NCBI GenBank assembly: GCA_019748215.1
Contig: JAIEPV010000026.1
Location: 4,732 to 68,731 of the forward strand
Reading direction: 5' to 3'
DNA from: Hyphomicrobium sp.
GTDB lineage: Bacteria; Pseudomonadota; Alphaproteobacteria; Rhizobiales; Hyphomicrobiaceae
Length of the DNA: 64,000 nucleotides
The notes beneath the pieces are model-generated. The model was not told where the DNA came from. It saw only the letters and a program-made list of their open reading frames with translations, and searched no databases. The stretch's first letter is position 1. The number at the start of each line of letters is the position of its first letter. Below, piece by piece: positions 37,560-48,038 of this stretch. Both the position numbers and the translations under genes were made by a program.

Positions 37560-38044
37560 GCAGACCTAGCACTTACTTCGCACGTCTTAGACGGCGCAAA
37601 CCGCTGAAGATACCGGCCGCAACGGTGCGAGAGCCGTTTCGCAATCGCGAGCCTGCCGTTTCAGCCGACGCTAATGACGCGTTGCCAGGGAGACGCTGGC
37701 CATCGCAATCTCGCGAACCGGCCGCGGAATTCTAGCAACCGGTGCTACGCGGCCAAAACCGCGCGGCGCCCAACCCACGACGACGGCAATCTTCGATCGT
37801 TCTGCTGAGCATCGATCGGCCAGCCACGGACGACGCTGTCGGGCAACGCTTTCGTTTTGGGGAACGCGGATTGATCGGCACGCAACGCGCTTGTGGGTCC
37901 GCTGCGGATGTCTCGGTCAGACCGCGACACCTTAAAATCAAAACCTAGCTACCGCTTCAGAATAGCAAAGTTCTGAATGGCAACGACCGAGTTCTGCGCC
38001 AGCCGGTATCAGTCCCCGACGCGTACCAGACGCGAATATGCATA

Positions 38045-38698
38045 TCATACATTCCGCTTGGTTGGCAGCTGATCAATTTTCCAAAGCCCCAAGTAATGCG
38101 TGTTCCAAAGTGGCTTTGGAAACGAGAAGGGTGCCAGCAGCAGATCCAGATGCCGTGAGTTGCCACCGATATTTTTCAGGTCGACGTTAGGCCGGTCATT
38201 AAAGTTGTTTGACGCGAGTAGATACGTAGAACCGGAAGCTTTCATATTGGAGATCGTTCGCCAGACATCCGCATATGTGAGATGATTGAGGAGATCTTTG
38301 CAAAATATGAGATCGGCCCGAGGCGGCACGCTCGATGCGATGTTGAGGTGATGAAACGAGCGGCCGGGGTGACGGTTTCTGTTATCCTCAACCAGCCGTT
38401 GGACAATATCGAAGCCGGTATACTCTACATCAGGATGCATATCGAGAAACTGATCGAACCAATTAAAGTCTCCGCAGGGGATGTCGATCACAGATGTAAA
38501 ACCGTAAACAGATTTCACATGCTTTAGGGCTGCGAGAGCAGCATGGACACTCCCAGAACTCTTCCGCGATCCGGGACCAGATCGGGTTTCATCATCACTC
38601 CAATAATTTCCATCGTGAACTTGCGTAAATCTATCTTGCAAATAACCAGCATGTTTACTTCTGAAAAAGAGCATCACGTCTGCAATTGTTTCTTTCAT
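38045..38698 (-). CDS. Class I SAM-dependent methyltransferase
   Basis: SGPGS, VIDIPCGDFNW motif I, YTGFDIV, ADLIFCKDLLNHL. Confidence 0.88.
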   Translation of the reverse strand: MKETIADVMLFFRSKHAGYLQDRFTQVHDGNYWSDDETRSGPGSRKSSGSVHAALAALKHVKSVYGFTSVIDIPCGDFNWFDQFLDMHPDVEYTGFDIVQRLVEDNRNRHPGRSFHHLNIASSVPPRADLIFCKDLLNHLTYADVWRTISNMKASGSTYLLASNNFNDRPNVDLKNIGGNSRHLDLLLAPFSFPKPLWNTHYLGLWKIDQLPTKRNV

Positions 38699-38995
38699 CT
38701 GAAACCTTCATTGCTAAAAGCGAAAATTTACCCGTGCGTGGCCAGCACCCGGCTCGCGGGCCTGAATTACATTTGCTCCACACAGCTGGCAGGGCGCCAG
38801 ACGCTAGCGCAGGACTCTTATGTTCGAGAATGTAGGCAGAGGTTTCCACCGCTGTCTCACTCGTCGTACGGCAATTTGTCACTTGTTTGTGGACAACCAC
38901 GAGCAGCGGTTGGCACTCAATCGCGGAACCCGCAGTGTTCGACGGCGGGACGATGACTGTGCCCAGCGACCTGCCACACCCTTGCGAGATGTCAC

Positions 38996-40768
38996 ATGCT
39001 CAAACGATACGCGCGCCGCCTGCTCAATGTGATGCGCGGCGCAGTGACGAACGACACCGTGGCTGGTCGCCCATCTTCGCCATCGTCAGTGAACTGCGGT
39101 CGGGAGATCACGGAGCACCTCGGCGCCATCCGACACGACCAATGGCTAGTGAAAGAGGCACAGGGCTTGCTGACTGAAGAGGCCTTGATATTTCTCGATC
39201 CGCGGTCGCGGGACGTGCGATTCCTCGGTCGCACCGCGGCAAAGATGTTCTCGCAAAACTATGAGGACGCAGTCATCGCTGAAATCTTCGCCCGCATCGG
39301 GGAGGGCGATCGACGCTTCATCGAAATCGGATCAGGTGATGGTTCCGAAAATACGACACGGTTCTTGTCAATGCTCGGATGGAGCGGCGTTTGGCTGGAG
39401 GGTGATCCGGCCAACATTCGAACCGCGCGCGAGGGTATGGCAAGCGTCATCGCCGAAGGCAGGCTTCACATCATCGAAGCGATGGTTGACACTATGAATG
39501 TCAACGATCTCGTTGGCCAGGCTGCACTTGGCTCCGAGGTCGACTTCATCTCGATCGACATCGATCAGAACACGTCGCACATCTGGCGCGCACTTTCCGC
39601 CGTCGCGCGTGTCGTTTGCGTCGAGTACAATGCCGCGCTGCCACCTTCAGTCGCGTACGAAGTGCCCTATGATGCCAAGAAAATCTGGGACCAGTCCAAC
39701 CACTACGGAGCGTCACTCAAGGCGCTGGAGAGAATCGGCGCCGAGAAGGGAATGTCGCTGGTCGGATGCGATCTCCACGGCGTCAACGCATTCTTTGTCC
39801 GCAACGATCTCGTCGGCGATAAATTTCTGGCGCCGTTTACGGCAGAGCAGCATTTTCAGCCGGCGCGCTTTTCGCTCAGTCGCCCGCGTGGGCACGCACG
39901 TCCCGGATGGCCGCTTCCGGAAGCAAAAGATTTACTGAAGGCCACGCGGCAAGCACGCCTCAAGATCGATGGCGTGCCGGAGCAGCCGTTCCGCGTCCAT
40001 GGACCGCAAGATCTCTATATTTCTGAGTGTCTGCTCAGCACCGGCCAGATGGAACCGCTTGAGACGGCTATTTTTGTCAAGCTCAGCAAACTATCGGCGG
40101 GCTTTCTAGATATTGGCGCCAATATCGGCTATTATTGCGTTATTGCCGCGCGGATATGTCCTCCCAATATACCGATCATCGCCATCGAACCAAATCCTGA
40201 CAATGCAGCGCTCATCCGCGCTAATGCCAGATTGGCGGATGCGGTACACCGGATCGTTACCCTGGAGGCTGCCGTCAGCGATCACATTGGCCGAACAGAT
40301 TTGTATCTGAGTTCGACCAACTTCGGCGATCACCGGGTTTTCGCCGATCCGCAAGAAAAGCGAAACACAACGTCCGTGGAAACCACGACACTCGCGCGAC
40401 TTCTAGAGCAGTATTCCTCAGTCGACTTTATAAAGATCGACACACAGGGCGCAGAACCGATCGTGCTGCTGCCGGCACGCGAGTCACTGCGCGCGCGGCG
40501 CGACCGGATCATCGTAATTTTAGAATTTTGGCCGCACGTTCTCGAAGCGCAACAGGCAATCGACTTGGTCGATCTCCTGGTTGATCTCGGCTTGACGTTA
40601 TTTGATATCGACGAGGATCAGAGCAAGGTGACGCGAAAATCGCCGGAGGCATTCAAGGCTTACTATCGTGCGTGCAAGGCTGGCTCTGAAGCGCGGCCAT
40701 TCACAAATATCCTTGCGACGTCTCGGGCAGACGCAATTGAACTCATGGCATCGGCGTTCGGAGCCTGA
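38996..40768 (+). CDS. Tandem two-domain FkbM-type methyltransferase
   Basis: Domain 1: FSQNYED, FIEIGSGDG, DFISIDID, VVCVEYN, NAFFVR; domain 2: FLDIGANIGYY, IAIEPNPDN, DFIKIDTQGAE. Confidence 0.88.
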   Translation: MLKRYARRLLNVMRGAVTNDTVAGRPSSPSSVNCGREITEHLGAIRHDQWLVKEAQGLLTEEALIFLDPRSRDVRFLGRTAAKMFSQNYEDAVIAEIFARIGEGDRRFIEIGSGDGSENTTRFLSMLGWSGVWLEGDPANIRTAREGMASVIAEGRLHIIEAMVDTMNVNDLVGQAALGSEVDFISIDIDQNTSHIWRALSAVARVVCVEYNAALPPSVAYEVPYDAKKIWDQSNHYGASLKALERIGAEKGMSLVGCDLHGVNAFFVRNDLVGDKFLAPFTAEQHFQPARFSLSRPRGHARPGWPLPEAKDLLKATRQARLKIDGVPEQPFRVHGPQDLYISECLLSTGQMEPLETAIFVKLSKLSAGFLDIGANIGYYCVIAARICPPNIPIIAIEPNPDNAALIRANARLADAVHRIVTLEAAVSDHIGRTDLYLSSTNFGDHRVFADPQEKRNTTSVETTTLARLLEQYSSVDFIKIDTQGAEPIVLLPARESLRARRDRIIVILEFWPHVLEAQQAIDLVDLLVDLGLTLFDIDEDQSKVTRKSPEAFKAYYRACKAGSEARPFTNILATSRADAIELMASAFGA

Positions 40769-40838
40769 TCACATTGCACCAAAAAAGTGTTGCCGCCGCC
40801 AGCGTGATGTTCGAGCGGTGAGCAGTTGCCGATTGCCA

Positions 40839-41795
40839 TTATATCGTTGTATATCGCGCGAATTGCGCGAGGCGTCCCGCATCCAAATCCCCACTCGCGA
40901 TGGCGGCGCGCACGGCGCACCCAGGTTCGGTTTCATGACGGCAATTGCGAAAGCGGCATTGCGCCGCCAGTGTATCGATGTCGTCGAAATCAGTTTCGAC
41001 GCGCTTGCTCGGCTCCCACAACTCCAAGCCACGCATGCCGGGGGTATCGATGATCGCGCCGCCTTGCGGACGAATGAAAAGCTGCCGATGCGTCGTCGTG
41101 TGGCGACCGCGGCTGTCGTGCGACCGCACCTCTTGCGTCCTCTGTAACGTCTGCCCCAACAATTGATTGGTCATCGTCGACTTGCCCGCCCCTGACGAAC
41201 CGACAAGGGCGATCGTCCTATTTCCGTCGAAATAGCGCTGAAGCTCGGCGATGCCGCCGGTGGAGCGCGCGCTGACGATATGCATCGGAGTTCCCGGCGC
41301 GACATCCGCGACGCGATCGGTCGTCTCCGCAGCAATGTGCGCGATATCAGCTTTGTTGATGACGACAATCGGCGCAGCGCCGCTCTCGGCGGCTAACGCG
41401 AGATAGCGCTCCAGGCGCTGCAAATTGAAATCGCCGTCAAGCGACATCACGATGAAAATGTAATCGACGTTGGCCGCCACCAGTTGTGGCCGCGTTTCGC
41501 CGGCGGCCTTGCGCACCAAAGCACTCGTGCGCGGCAGGATCGCTTCGATCAGGCTCGGTCCATCGCCTGCACTCAGGCGCAACGCTACGAAATCTCCGAC
41601 ACCGGGCAGGTCAGTCCGCTGGCCAGCTTCGCTGCGAAACCGGCCGGTGATCGTCGCCGATCGCTCAGCCTGTTCGGTTGCCACCTGATAGTGTGTCCGA
41701 TGTTCGGCAACGAGGCGGCCGGGCGCCAATCCGTCAGCAGCATAGGGCCGGAATTCCTGCGCTCGCCGGTCGTTCCAGCCTAGAGCCTCAAGCAT
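40839..41795 (-). CDS. rsgA: Ribosome small subunit-dependent GTPase A
   Basis: Likely ATG 41795; VGDFV, AANVD, NKAD, GSSGAGKST, RGRHTT, DTPG, CRFRNCRHETEPGC zinc finger. Confidence 0.95.
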   Translation of the reverse strand: MLEALGWNDRRAQEFRPYAADGLAPGRLVAEHRTHYQVATEQAERSATITGRFRSEAGQRTDLPGVGDFVALRLSAGDGPSLIEAILPRTSALVRKAAGETRPQLVAANVDYIFIVMSLDGDFNLQRLERYLALAAESGAAPIVVINKADIAHIAAETTDRVADVAPGTPMHIVSARSTGGIAELQRYFDGNRTIALVGSSGAGKSTMTNQLLGQTLQRTQEVRSHDSRGRHTTTHRQLFIRPQGGAIIDTPGMRGLELWEPSKRVETDFDDIDTLAAQCRFRNCRHETEPGCAVRAAIASGDLDAGRLAQFARYTTI

Positions 41796-42097
41796 GGTTT
41801 GAAATTTTCCTAGAGTGCTTACGAAAATGCGGGAACGGGTTTCCGAAGAGACGCACGACAAAATCAAGAGCTAGGGCCGGTCCATGATTTCGCGAAAAGC
41901 GGACAGACCTTAGCGCTTCATGGCAACTGCGCTCTTGCCCTAATCCGTCGAACACGCCATGGCCAGCACACATTTTTAGTTTTTCGTCGTTTTCGCCAGG
42001 AGAAAGCACTTCAAAGGCGCGCAACAGTACGTGGACGTCCGCGCGCGTGGCGCAATACGTGACGGACGACGGATCCGCGCGTCGTACTCGTCCCAGA

Positions 42098-45000
42098 TCA
42101 CCGTTGCGTCGGGTCGCCGCCATTCAGTGCGGCTGCCAGTGCCAGGCGCGCCAAAGCCGGAAGTGATTTAGATCCCGTCTTCGTCATGATCGTGGCTCGA
42201 TGGTTCTCAACCGTCCGCTGACTGATGCCGAGATCGGCCGCGATAATTTTACTGGGCTGGCCAGCAAGTACCATGTCCATGATCTGACGCTGCCGCGGCG
42301 TGAGTTCGGCGATTTGGTTTGCCGCCAGTTCATGCCAAGCCTGCAGCTTGCGCGAATCACGCGACCGCTCGAGTGCGCGCTTCACGCTGGCGATCAGATC
42401 GCTGTGGCTGATCGGCTTTTCAATGAAGTCCTTGGCACCGACTTTCATGGCTTGCACGGCCATCGGTACATCGCTATGGCCGGTGATCATGATGGCGGGA
42501 AGGCGGTCACCGGCGTCGTGCAGCTTTTTCAGTAAATCGAAGCCAGTCATCCCGGGCAGATAAGCGTCGACCAGAAGACACCCTTCTCGCCCTGGGCGGT
42601 AAGCGTCCAAAATGGCTTCACAGTCTGCAAAATCCTCGACTGTCAGACCATCATTTTCAAGGACGCCTCTAATATCGTCGCGCACGTTTCCATCGTCGTC
42701 GACAATGAAAATGGTGGGCTTTCCGGGCTCGCCTGCCGTAGCGCCAGAATGTGCAACACGAGCTTTTTTGATGACCTTTGAGGGCGGTAACAGTCGTTGG
42801 ATGACGTGTGTCAACACTTTCAGCTTCACTGGCTTGTTGAGTTGTACACACTCTTGCTGCGCAATGGCCGTCAAGGTTGCAGTGGAAATATCACCAGTCA
42901 AGATGACCACAGGAATCTGGCGACGAAGTTTTGCCCGAAGCTCGGCCGCCAGCTTCAGTCCGTTCAATCCCTTGGGAAGATTGAAGTCTGCGACGATCAG
43001 GTCGGGTTGAAAAACGCCTCTCGCCACCAAATCCAGTGCCGCAATACCATCCGGCGCGATCGCTGTGATATGGCCATCCTCCTGCAAAAACTGTTGAAGG
43101 AGTTCGAGCAAGTCGAGGTCGTCCTCGACGACGAGGATGGCGCCTGCGCGGCTGCCGAGTTGAACGTTCTGCTCAACGTCGTGTGGCTTTGGAATGTCAT
43201 CCAGCGACTCTGGCTCGCTGCGGGTCGACGCTATCTCAATTGTGAAAGCAGAGCCCTTGCCGGGACGCGATCGGACCCGTAAGCGGTGGCCGAGCAAAAT
43301 TCCTAACCGCTGGACGATGGAAAGCCCAAGGCCCAGGCCCCGGCTGCGTTCACGCGCAGCGTTGTCGAGCTGGCGATATTCTTCGAAGATCGATTGTAGT
43401 TCGCCGTCCGGAATGCCTATGCCCGTGTCCCAGACCTCAATGCTCAAAGCTCCTGCGCGGCGACGGCAGCCGAGCAAGACCTTGCCGGTCTTCGTGTACT
43501 TCAAAGCGTTCGAGAGCAAGTTGCGGATCATCTGCTCCAGCAGACGCGGGTCACTGTGTACCGAAAGGCTGCTGGCGACGACGCGCAATTGAAGCCCTTT
43601 GGCTTGCGCGAGATACGTGAACTCGTTCCGGAGGCGATCGAACATATCGTTGATATTGAAGCGAACGAACTCGGCGCGAACGGAACCCGAATCGATCTGG
43701 TTGATGTCAAGCAAGGTGTTCAGCATGCCGGACATCGCGCCGACCGTTTCATCGATGCGCGCTACGAGTTTTTCAGCCTTCTCACCTTGCACCGACTTTG
43801 CCAACAGACCTTGCAGCAGCGCGAGAGACTGCAGCGGCTGTCGAAGGTCGTGACTTGCGGCAGCAAGGAAGCGCGACTTTGCAGCATTTGCCAACTCGGC
43901 TTGCTGCTTGGCCAACTCCAAAGCTTTGCCGATGCGCTTGCGCTCCGTGACATCGTTGAAAGTGATAACGACGCCCTCCACGCGATTGTCGTGCGTGCGA
44001 TACGGCAATATCCGGCGGATGAACCAGACGCCGGCTTCCGTTTCGATTTCGCGTTCCAAAGGCGCTTGGCTTTGCAGCACCATCCGTGCGTCTTCTGGAA
44101 GTGCTTTGTCGCCCGATAGCGAGTGGAGGTCGCCGAGCGGCCGGCCAACGTCGCTGGGAATGACGTTGAAGAGCGACTTGGTTGCTGGAGTAAAGAAACG
44201 AATATTGAGGCAAGGGTCGAGAAACAGCGTCGCTACATCGGTGCTGTACAAGATATTCTGCAGATCGTTGGCTCCTGTCCGCTGTCGATCCAGTGTTTCC
44301 TGGAGCTGGCTATTGAGCGCGGTCAGCTCCTCATTGAGTGACTGTAATTCTTCCTTCGACGTCAAAAGCTCTTCATTTGTCGATTGGAATTCCTCACTAA
44401 CCGAAGAAGCTTCCTCGTTGATCGCTTTCTGCTCTTCGCTGGATAATTCGAGGCTGTGGATGGCACCCTGCAGTTCGGTTCTCGTTGCTTCGAGTTCCAA
44501 CTCCAACTCGACGACGCGCGAGGAACTTCCTGAAGCAGGCTGCTGAATTTGCTTTTCAGTGTGCTTGGGTTCGTCGACGAAGCAAACCAAGAGAAATTGC
44601 TCGCCCTCGGATACAACGGGCCTGACCTCAATCCTGAAGGGCTCGCCGTCGCCCTTTGCCCCGGCAACATCCACGCGCGCATTCTCTTGAACCGCGCGCT
44701 GAACCGCTGCTCGCAACTTCGTGCGCCAGCTTTGTGGAGCCATCGCGAGCAAGTCGAGCGTTGGGTGACCTGGCGCCACACGTAAATATCGATTCGTTGC
44801 ACCGAGTGAATAGAGCCACTCATGCTTAAGGTTGATCAAAATTGCAGCCGGCGCATAATTCTCCATGACCAGTCGCCGGCAGATATCCGCGAGAGCATCC
44901 TGTCGCGACGGTGATTGGCCTGGGCCAGAGCGCGCGTACGCTCGGGACCTATCTGCGGTACCCATCGCAAAAGCAAAATCACTCGCCCGCGAGCGACCGA

Positions 45001-45787
45001 TATGACGGTAAATTCGATTGGGCTTTGAAATGACATCGAACCGGCCATCGATGTTGCCGGCTGTCTCCGAGCTCCCCAGCAGCAGTATGCCGCCCTGTCG
45101 CAAAGCGAAATGGAAAAGCGAAATGACTTTAGATTGCGCTTCAGCTCCCAGATAGATGAGCAGGTTTCGGCACGACACAAAGTCGAGGCGCGAGAACGGC
45201 GGATCGGCCAAAACATCCTGTACCGTAAAGACCACGGCCGTTCGAAGCTCCGGCAACACTCGGTATCCGTGATCTTCCTTGGTGAAGAATTTGGCTAGGC
45301 GTTCCAGCGACACTTCGTTGGCTATGGTATGTGCATAGACGCCCTCACGCGCCACGGCGATGGCATCGGCGTCGACGTCAGATGCGAAGACCTGGAGCTT
45401 CACGTTCGATTTTGCCGCTGCAATGGCCTCTCGGAAAAGAATGGCAATCGAGTAGGTTTCTTCGCCCGTGCTGCAACCGGCAATCCAGATGCGAAGCGGT
45501 TGATCGGCGGACTGGTTGGCAACGAGATCGGGGATGATATTGGTCGCCAGAAATTCGAAAATTTGCGGATCGCGAAAGAAGCTTGTGACGTGAATCAACA
45601 GATCTTTCGAGAGCAACTCGAGTTCGTGGCCATCGCTGTGTAAAACATCGAAATACCGATCGACGTGGCCCGCCTCGATCAGTGCCATCGCCATACGTCG
45701 CTCGATCCGGCGCTGAATCGTGCCCGGCTTGTAGAGCGTAAAATCGTGATTGGTCTTCGCGCGCAAGAGTTCGATGATTTTCGGCAA
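42098..45787 (-). CDS. CheR-PAS-HisKA-HATPase-REC-REC-LuxR hybrid (downstream part of a split CheB-CheR fusion)
   Basis: RIWIAGCSTGEETYS and CRNLLIY (CheR), AASHDLRQP H-box, DTGIGI/GLGLGL, two REC domains, LTPRQRQ...KIIAADLGISQRTVENHR. Confidence 0.9.
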   Translation of the reverse strand: MPKIIELLRAKTNHDFTLYKPGTIQRRIERRMAMALIEAGHVDRYFDVLHSDGHELELLSKDLLIHVTSFFRDPQIFEFLATNIIPDLVANQSADQPLRIWIAGCSTGEETYSIAILFREAIAAAKSNVKLQVFASDVDADAIAVAREGVYAHTIANEVSLERLAKFFTKEDHGYRVLPELRTAVVFTVQDVLADPPFSRLDFVSCRNLLIYLGAEAQSKVISLFHFALRQGGILLLGSSETAGNIDGRFDVISKPNRIYRHIGRSRASDFAFAMGTADRSRAYARSGPGQSPSRQDALADICRRLVMENYAPAAILINLKHEWLYSLGATNRYLRVAPGHPTLDLLAMAPQSWRTKLRAAVQRAVQENARVDVAGAKGDGEPFRIEVRPVVSEGEQFLLVCFVDEPKHTEKQIQQPASGSSSRVVELELELEATRTELQGAIHSLELSSEEQKAINEEASSVSEEFQSTNEELLTSKEELQSLNEELTALNSQLQETLDRQRTGANDLQNILYSTDVATLFLDPCLNIRFFTPATKSLFNVIPSDVGRPLGDLHSLSGDKALPEDARMVLQSQAPLEREIETEAGVWFIRRILPYRTHDNRVEGVVITFNDVTERKRIGKALELAKQQAELANAAKSRFLAAASHDLRQPLQSLALLQGLLAKSVQGEKAEKLVARIDETVGAMSGMLNTLLDINQIDSGSVRAEFVRFNINDMFDRLRNEFTYLAQAKGLQLRVVASSLSVHSDPRLLEQMIRNLLSNALKYTKTGKVLLGCRRRAGALSIEVWDTGIGIPDGELQSIFEEYRQLDNAARERSRGLGLGLSIVQRLGILLGHRLRVRSRPGKGSAFTIEIASTRSEPESLDDIPKPHDVEQNVQLGSRAGAILVVEDDLDLLELLQQFLQEDGHITAIAPDGIAALDLVARGVFQPDLIVADFNLPKGLNGLKLAAELRAKLRRQIPVVILTGDISTATLTAIAQQECVQLNKPVKLKVLTHVIQRLLPPSKVIKKARVAHSGATAGEPGKPTIFIVDDDGNVRDDIRGVLENDGLTVEDFADCEAILDAYRPGREGCLLVDAYLPGMTGFDLLKKLHDAGDRLPAIMITGHSDVPMAVQAMKVGAKDFIEKPISHSDLIASVKRALERSRDSRKLQAWHELAANQIAELTPRQRQIMDMVLAGQPSKIIAADLGISQRTVENHRATIMTKTGSKSLPALARLALAAALNGGDPTQR

Positions 45788-45853
45788 CCAGGCATCAGGC
45801 GTATCCGATGGCTTTGGACTATCGAATTCGCCGACGGGCGTTTGTCTGCGCGC

Positions 45854-46489
45854 CTACTGGACGAGTGCGGCTGCAATCTCGGCCACGGGAAGAATAAGAT
45901 CGACGGCGCCCGTTGACACAGCACTGCGCGGCATCCCGTCAAAAGCTGCCTCGTCAGGATCCTGAGCGATAACACGCCCGCCGTTTTCTTTGATGGATTT
46001 CAGGCCCAGGCTGCCGTCTGCTCCGGTACCTGAGAGCACGACGCACACTGCGCGAACGCCAAAGTCCTCAGCCAACGCGTGCAATAAAAAGTCGAACGGC
46101 AAGCGTGCACCGTGGCGAGCCTGAGGCGTAGAGAGGCGAAGGACACCTTTGCTGACGGCGAGATAGGTTCCAGGTGGAATGACATAAACGTGCTCGCACT
46201 CGACGAGCATTCCATCTGCGGCTTGCCGTACGATCATCTTCGTGTGGCTGGCCAGAAGATCGGCCATCATGCTTTCGTGGGTCGGATCGAGATGCTGGAC
46301 GAGGATGATCGCCAAATTGCTTGGCACAGGCATGGCACCCAAAAGCTTTCGGCAAGCATCAAGCCCACCTGCCGACGCGCCGATGCCGACAACGGCAAAC
46401 GTTCGCGTTCGCTTGTCCTCAGTCGGAGGGCCACGCGCAAGGTGTGAGCGCGCCAGCGCCGGCGCACTCGACTTTGGTTGCTCCGGCAT
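45854..46489 (-). CDS. CheB methylesterase domain, in frame with the downstream hybrid and separated by one TAG
   Basis: VGIGASAGG, ILVQHLDP, VLSGTGADG catalytic motifs. Confidence 0.9.
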   Translation of the reverse strand: MPEQPKSSAPALARSHLARGPPTEDKRTRTFAVVGIGASAGGLDACRKLLGAMPVPSNLAIILVQHLDPTHESMMADLLASHTKMIVRQAADGMLVECEHVYVIPPGTYLAVSKGVLRLSTPQARHGARLPFDFLLHALAEDFGVRAVCVVLSGTGADGSLGLKSIKENGGRVIAQDPDEAAFDGMPRSAVSTGAVDLILPVAEIAAALVQ

Positions 46490-46857
46490 TTTTTTTTACC
46501 ATCTCACGCTCGCTTGCCCGTCGCCCGTTCTCAATCACCACATGGCGATATGATAGCATACGCAAAATAAAATCGTACCCAATCCCGGGCGAACCATCGC
46601 CCGTATAGCTGGTTCACACAAGGAACGACGGCGATCTGAGTATTTTCCGAGCCTCCCCGAAAGACGCGGGCGGCCGCTATAAACAAGTGCTGTTCCTATG
46701 CGCGGGTCGGCCGGTCTTTAAGTGTCACGAACGCTTGAGCGGAGAGCTTTTCGCTTACCGCCCCCAAGCTCGGAAAAAATTGTGATCGTGCGGCCGGCCA
46801 CGGTCTTCCGCTGTCGCACACTCGCTGCTGCCGGTATCAAAACTCGGAGTGTTTTTG

Positions 46858-47382
46858 ATGAATCCGACACACAACACCCTTTCTGAAAACATACGAGCTC
46901 AATCTGTCGAAGTGCTCAACAAGCACCTTGCGGCAGCGATTGATTTGCATGCCCAAGTCAAACAGGCGCACTGGAATGTCCGCGGGCCGGGCTTCATCGC
47001 GATCCACGAGCTGTTTGACAAAGTTTCAGAGGAAGTCGAGACCTTCTCCGATAAAATCGCGGAGCGCGCGGGAGGATTAGGTGGCACCGCGCAGGGCACT
47101 ATCCAAGTCGCCGTTCAACGCTCGTTCCTCATTCCCTACAAGCACGGAATTGCAGACGAAAAACAGCATGTGTTTGCAGTCGCCGGTTCACTGGCGGCGT
47201 TTGGGCAATCGGCGCGCGAGGCCATCGGCGAAGCGACCGCCTTCGGTGATGTCGACACGGCCGACCTATTCACTGAAATTTCGCGCGGCATCGACCAGCA
47301 GCTCTGGTTCGTTGAATCGCACATCGCTCCGACGGCGGAAAACGATACCCCGGCACTCAAGGCCGTGCCGAAATCCCGGTGA
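46858..47382 (+). CDS. dps: DNA starvation/stationary-phase protection protein Dps
   Basis: KQAHWNVRGPGFIAIHELFD, DKIAERAGGLG, DQQLWFVESH. Confidence 0.95.
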   Translation: MNPTHNTLSENIRAQSVEVLNKHLAAAIDLHAQVKQAHWNVRGPGFIAIHELFDKVSEEVETFSDKIAERAGGLGGTAQGTIQVAVQRSFLIPYKHGIADEKQHVFAVAGSLAAFGQSAREAIGEATAFGDVDTADLFTEISRGIDQQLWFVESHIAPTAENDTPALKAVPKSR

Positions 47383-47405
47383 AACGCGAAATCGAGCGCT
47401 GTGAT

Positions 47406-47867
47406 ATGTCCATCCTCGAATTGACCGCTGCCACACATCGTTCGGCGCGGGTCAGCCCCGACGGTCAACGAGCAAGCGCTCTTCCTGAGGCGTTGCGGCC
47501 GATGAAAGCGCTTCGCATATTGGTCGCCGAAGACGATGCGCTCATCGGCATGCTTCTCGAAGACATGCTTACAGGCATGGGGCACAACGTATGCTCCGTC
47601 GAAGCAACAGAGGCCGACACGGTCACGGCTGCAGAGAAGCACAGACCGGATATCATGATTGTCGACGCGCGGCTGGGTGCTGGAAGCGGCGTTTCCGCCG
47701 TCGATGAAATACTACGGATAAACTTCATTCCGCACGTCTTTGTGAGTGGCGACACCCTCGGCGTCACGATGGTGCGGCCAAGCGCCGTCGTGATTGGAAA
47801 ACCCTACAACGAGCGCGATCTCACTCAAGCCATTTCGCGCGCGCTCGACGCAGGCGCTGCGACGTGA
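47406..47867 (+). CDS. Single-domain response regulator (REC); start uncertain
   Basis: LRILVAEDDALIGMLLEDML, IMIVDARL, VSGD, IGKPY. Confidence 0.88.
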   Translation: MSILELTAATHRSARVSPDGQRASALPEALRPMKALRILVAEDDALIGMLLEDMLTGMGHNVCSVEATEADTVTAAEKHRPDIMIVDARLGAGSGVSAVDEILRINFIPHVFVSGDTLGVTMVRPSAVVIGKPYNERDLTQAISRALDAGAAT

Positions 47868-48038
47868 ATAGCCGGCACGGCGCGACAAGCTATGACACGG
47901 CAGACATCAACTCGGACTGAGCTACGTCAACCAGCGCATCCGAATGCGTGCGAAAACTGTGATGGAGACGGCCGGCGGCCAAAATGAATAACGGTTTTCG
48001 CAACTGGTGCGCACGATTGGAAGTCATAGGAGGTTGCA

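Noticed and set aside
45854-45856. Pyrrolysine recoding of the TAG
   Set aside because: No pyl genes in the window and the position is an inter-domain linker, not a methylamine methyltransferase active site; mutation or error is more parsimonious
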